Positions 61,291 to 64,000 of a DNA stretch of 64,000 nt are shown piece after piece (the first letter of the stretch is position 1; every line of letters starts with the position of its first letter). A program made the position numbers and the translations under genes. The stretch is from contig CAWEYL010000001.1 of the NCBI GenBank assembly GCA_963813335.1, positions 1,120,001 to 1,184,000 of the forward strand. Direction: 5' to 3'. The notes beneath the pieces are model-generated. The model was not told the origin of the DNA, did no database searches, and was given only the letters and a program-made list of their open reading frames with translations. The stretch is from an uncultured Chloroflexia bacterium (GTDB lineage Bacteria; Chloroflexota; Limnocylindria; Limnocylindrales; CSP1-4).

Positions 61291-61973
61291 CGCCCGCCGC
61301 CGCGCACGATGCGGCGGGCGTCGCGCGTGGCGCGCAGGAACTCCGTGAAATGGCGCCACGGCCGGATGTGGCTGGGCTCGCCCTCGTAGATGGTCCGGAT
61401 CGGGACCCAGCCGATGGGCAGGCCGAGGGCGATGCTACGGGCGATCATCTCGACCTCGAACTCGAATCCCGACTCGGTCGACTCGAGCAGCGAGCGCATC
61501 AGCGTCCGCCCGATGAGCCGGTAGCCGGACTGGTTGTCGGGGATCGACCGGCCGACCGCAGCCGAGAACACGGCGCCACCGAGGCTGTTCGACAGGCGGC
61601 GGACCGGCGGCATCGCGCGGAAGTCGCGCCGGCCGATGATCAGCTCCGGGCGGGTCGCGTCGAACGCGGCGAGGAAGTCGGGGATCTCGGCCGGGTCGTG
61701 CTGGCCGTCGGCATCCAGCGTCACGACCGCGGCGGCGCCCGCATCGAGGGCGTGCCGGAAGCCGGCGCGCAGCGCGGCACCCTTGCCTGCATTGGGGACC
61801 TGGCGGATGACGGTGGCGCCGGCGGCCTCGGCCCGGGCCGCAGTGTCGTCCGTCGAGCCGTCGTCGACGACCACCACGGGCAGCCAGCGGCGCGCGGCGA
61901 CCACGACCGGGCCGATGCGCGGCCCTTCCTGGTAGCCGGGGATCAGCGCGAGGATCAGCGGTTCGATGCTCAC
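61287..61973 (-). CDS. Glycosyltransferase family 2 (DPM1-like)
   Basis: IPGYQE, VDDGSTD, NAGKGAAL, LDADGQH, DNQSGYR, FEFEVEM. Confidence 0.9.
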   Translation of the reverse strand: MSIEPLILALIPGYQEGPRIGPVVVAARRWLPVVVVDDGSTDDTAARAEAAGATVIRQVPNAGKGAALRAGFRHALDAGAAAVVTLDADGQHDPAEIPDFLAAFDATRPELIIGRRDFRAMPPVRRLSNSLGGAVFSAAVGRSIPDNQSGYRLIGRTLMRSLLESTESGFEFEVEMIARSIALGLPIGWVPIRTIYEGEPSHIRPWRHFTEFLRATRDARRIVRGGGR

Positions 61974-62000
61974 GGTCGCCCCGTCGTGGTGGGTGGGAGT

Positions 62001-62076
62001 TGGCGCCCCCGGCAGGATTCGAACCTGCGACCTTCCGCTTAGAAGGCGGCTGCTCTGTCCACTGAGCTACGGGGAC
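62001..62076 (-). tRNA. tRNA-Arg (anticodon TCT)
   Basis: GTCCCCGTAGCTCAGTGGACAGAGCAGCCGCCTTCTAAGCGGAAGGTCGCAGGTTCGAATCCTGCCGGGGGCGCCA: cloverleaf, T-loop GGTTCGAATCC, encoded CCA. Confidence 0.97.
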
Positions 62077-62145
62077 GTTCTCAGACTGTAACCGTCGGCC
62101 CGGTGGGCCGACAATCGGCCGGCCCGGCCCGGGCGTGCACCGGGA

Positions 62146-62301
62146 TCATCCGTACTCGAGCATGACCGCCACACAGCCGACCAATCCGAGCACGAACCAG
62201 ATGGCCGCGATGATCAGCACGGCCCAGAACAGCTTGCCGTGCCCCTTGCCCGCGGGAGGCGGGGTCGCCCATCCGCTCTCGCCGGTCGGATCCTCGCTCA
62301 T
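62146..62301 (-). CDS. Small single-pass membrane protein (51 aa), not in the ORF track
   Basis: MSEDPTGESGWATPPPAGKGHGKLFWAVLIIAAIWFVLGLVGCVAVMLEYG. Confidence 0.55.
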   Translation of the reverse strand: MSEDPTGESGWATPPPAGKGHGKLFWAVLIIAAIWFVLGLVGCVAVMLEYG

Positions 62302-62442
62302 CCGGACATCGTAGACCCCGCCCATCCGGCGCCCGTGGTGTCCGTTCCGAGCCGCCTGAGCGCCGATTCGCGCGTGCTACACTCCGCGACCCATCGCGCC
62401 GAAGCCCGTTCGGAGCGTGGGCCAGGGAGGAGCCGACCGCCC

Positions 62443-63840
62443 ATGTCGGGACGTCCGACACGCGTCGCCACCGCCGGCCAGCTCGCGCTCGAGCTGCCGA
62501 TCGAGCTGCCCGCGATCGAGCTCGCGCCCGAGTGGAAGGACCAGCAGCGCCTGTGGGGCCACCCGTTCCACCCGATGTGCTCGTACCTGGCGAGCTTCCC
62601 GGCGGCGCTCACCCACGCCTTCATCGCCCGCTACTCGCGGCCGGGTGACGTGGTCCTCGACCCGTTCTCGGGCCGCGGCACCACGCCGCTGCAGGCCTGC
62701 GCCGAGGGACGCATCGGCGTCGGCAACGACCTCAATCCGTTCGCCCACCTCCTGACCGCCGCCAAGGTCGAGCCCGCGACCCGGGCCGAGGCATCGACCC
62801 GCCTCGCCTCGCTGCGGCTGGGCTGGAACGCGGGCGCCGCCGGCTGGACCGCCCTCGCGGAATGCGTGATCGCCGATCCGGCCGCCTCGTCCTCGCTGGT
62901 GCCGGTCGCCGGCTCGCTCGCCGGGCCGGGAGACGGCGCGGAGTCCGTCCCCGCCGAGGTCGCGCTCGCGTTCCACCCGCGGACGCTCGGGCAGCTGCTG
63001 TTCGTCCGCTCCGCGCTGCGGCTCGACGACCGGACCGACCGCTTCCTGGCCGCCGCGATCACCGGGATCCTCCACGGCAAGAGCGCCTCGTACCTCTCGG
63101 AGCTGATGCCGAACACCTTCAGCATGGCCCCGCGCTACGTGCGCGACTTCGCCAAGCGCAACGCCTTCGCCTCCCCGGAGCGGGACGTCTTCGACGGGCT
63201 GTCGAAGAAGCTCGACCGGCTGTACCGCGGCGTGCCGCCGTCGATGCAGGGGATCGCCCTCCTCGGCGACGCCCGCGATGTGGCGCCGCGGGCCCGCGCC
63301 GCGCTGCGCGAGCGCGGCCGCCCGGAGCAGGCCCGGCTCGTGGTCACCTCGCCGCCGTACCTGCGGGTCGTCAAGTACGGCTACTACAACTGGCTGCGGA
63401 CCTGGTTCCTGGGCTTCGACGCGCGCGAGATCGACGCGACGCTCGACGACGCCCATCACCGCGAGCCGTACCTGCTGTTCCTGCGCGATGTCCTCGCCGG
63501 CCTCCGCCCCATCCTGACCGACGACGCCGTCGTCGTGCTGGTCATCGGGGACGTCGAGACGGACCGCGGCCGGCGGATCAGGGGCGGGGTCGGCCTTGCC
63601 GAGCGGACCTGGGAGGCCGCCGCCGAGCCCGAGGGCTACCGCCTGGCTGGCGTGGCCCTGGACGACGTCGCGGCCACCCGGAAGATGACCAAGCTGTGGG
63701 GCGACGAGGCCGGGCGGGCCACCAAGACCGACCGGATCCTGGTGCTGGGCGCCACGGAGGCCGGTCGCCGTCGCGCGCTCGCGGGCGCCTCGAACGACGT
63801 CGACTGGACCTGGCCGCCGAGGGCGCTCCGCGCCATCTAG
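62443..63840 (+). CDS. Site-specific DNA methyltransferase, amino-MTase (SPPY, likely N4-cytosine)
   Basis: YLASFP, VLDPFSGRGTT (motif I) ... VTSPPY (motif IV); GGAGG RBS. Confidence 0.85.
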   Translation: MSGRPTRVATAGQLALELPIELPAIELAPEWKDQQRLWGHPFHPMCSYLASFPAALTHAFIARYSRPGDVVLDPFSGRGTTPLQACAEGRIGVGNDLNPFAHLLTAAKVEPATRAEASTRLASLRLGWNAGAAGWTALAECVIADPAASSSLVPVAGSLAGPGDGAESVPAEVALAFHPRTLGQLLFVRSALRLDDRTDRFLAAAITGILHGKSASYLSELMPNTFSMAPRYVRDFAKRNAFASPERDVFDGLSKKLDRLYRGVPPSMQGIALLGDARDVAPRARAALRERGRPEQARLVVTSPPYLRVVKYGYYNWLRTWFLGFDAREIDATLDDAHHREPYLLFLRDVLAGLRPILTDDAVVVLVIGDVETDRGRRIRGGVGLAERTWEAAAEPEGYRLAGVALDDVAATRKMTKLWGDEAGRATKTDRILVLGATEAGRRRALAGASNDVDWTWPPRALRAI

Positions 63841-63849
63841 AATGCCGCC

Positions 63850-64000
63850 ATGCGGCAGATGTACCACCCGTCCGACCTGGCCTCGATGGATCCGCTGGTC
63901 CTCATGAAGAACCTGGACCACGTGCGGATGACCAGCCGGCGGCTGAGCTACATCCTCCAGCAGCAGGTCCACCTGTACACCCCCGAGGCGAACCAGCTCC
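63850..64000 (+). CDS. Hypothetical protein, 3'-truncated by the window end
   Basis: MRQMYHPSDLASMDPLVLMKNLDHVRMTSRRLSYILQQQVHLYTPEANQL...; TAGAAT -10 lies 6 nt upstream. Confidence 0.6.
   Translation, partial: MRQMYHPSDLASMDPLVLMKNLDHVRMTSRRLSYILQQQVHLYTPEANQL

Noticed and set aside
51911-62076. tRNA-anchored genomic island (Xis-like gene ... kdp ... tRNA-Arg)
   Set aside because: No integrase, and I found no duplicated tRNA 3' end (att site).

Overview
Very GC-rich, gene-dense bacterial chromosomal window of mostly housekeeping and metabolic genes. Gene style suggests Chloroflexota, possibly Limnocylindria/Ellin6529; this is an inference. Main contents: a TrkA-type K+ channel, a tandem-cyclase STAND/TPR protein with a soluble-adenylyl-cyclase-like layout, MMPL, a secreted glucuronyl C5-epimerase-like protein, an acyl-CoA cluster (thiolase, hbd, meaB, B12-binding subunit) plus a distant mutase large subunit with isobutyryl-CoA-mutase signature residues, two ABC exporters, folE, an alkA-type glycosylase, an HDAC-family deacetylase, arsR-trxA, an ECF sigma coupled to an Ogt-Ada-Zn protein, an expanded kdp locus with split KdpD, tRNA-Arg(TCT) and an orphan SPPY DNA methyltransferase. 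The best non-coding leads are a promoter-driven ~230-nt multi-hairpin RNA candidate (33.8-34.05 kb), an XRE/PD-(D/E)XK-like gene followed by a hairpin/tandem-repeat tail (15.2-16.25 kb) and a nested inverted-repeat element (27.2-27.37 kb). Many genes appear to be leaderless. About ten frameshifts in conserved genes are most simply explained as sequencing indels. No CRISPR array, integrase or transposase was seen.
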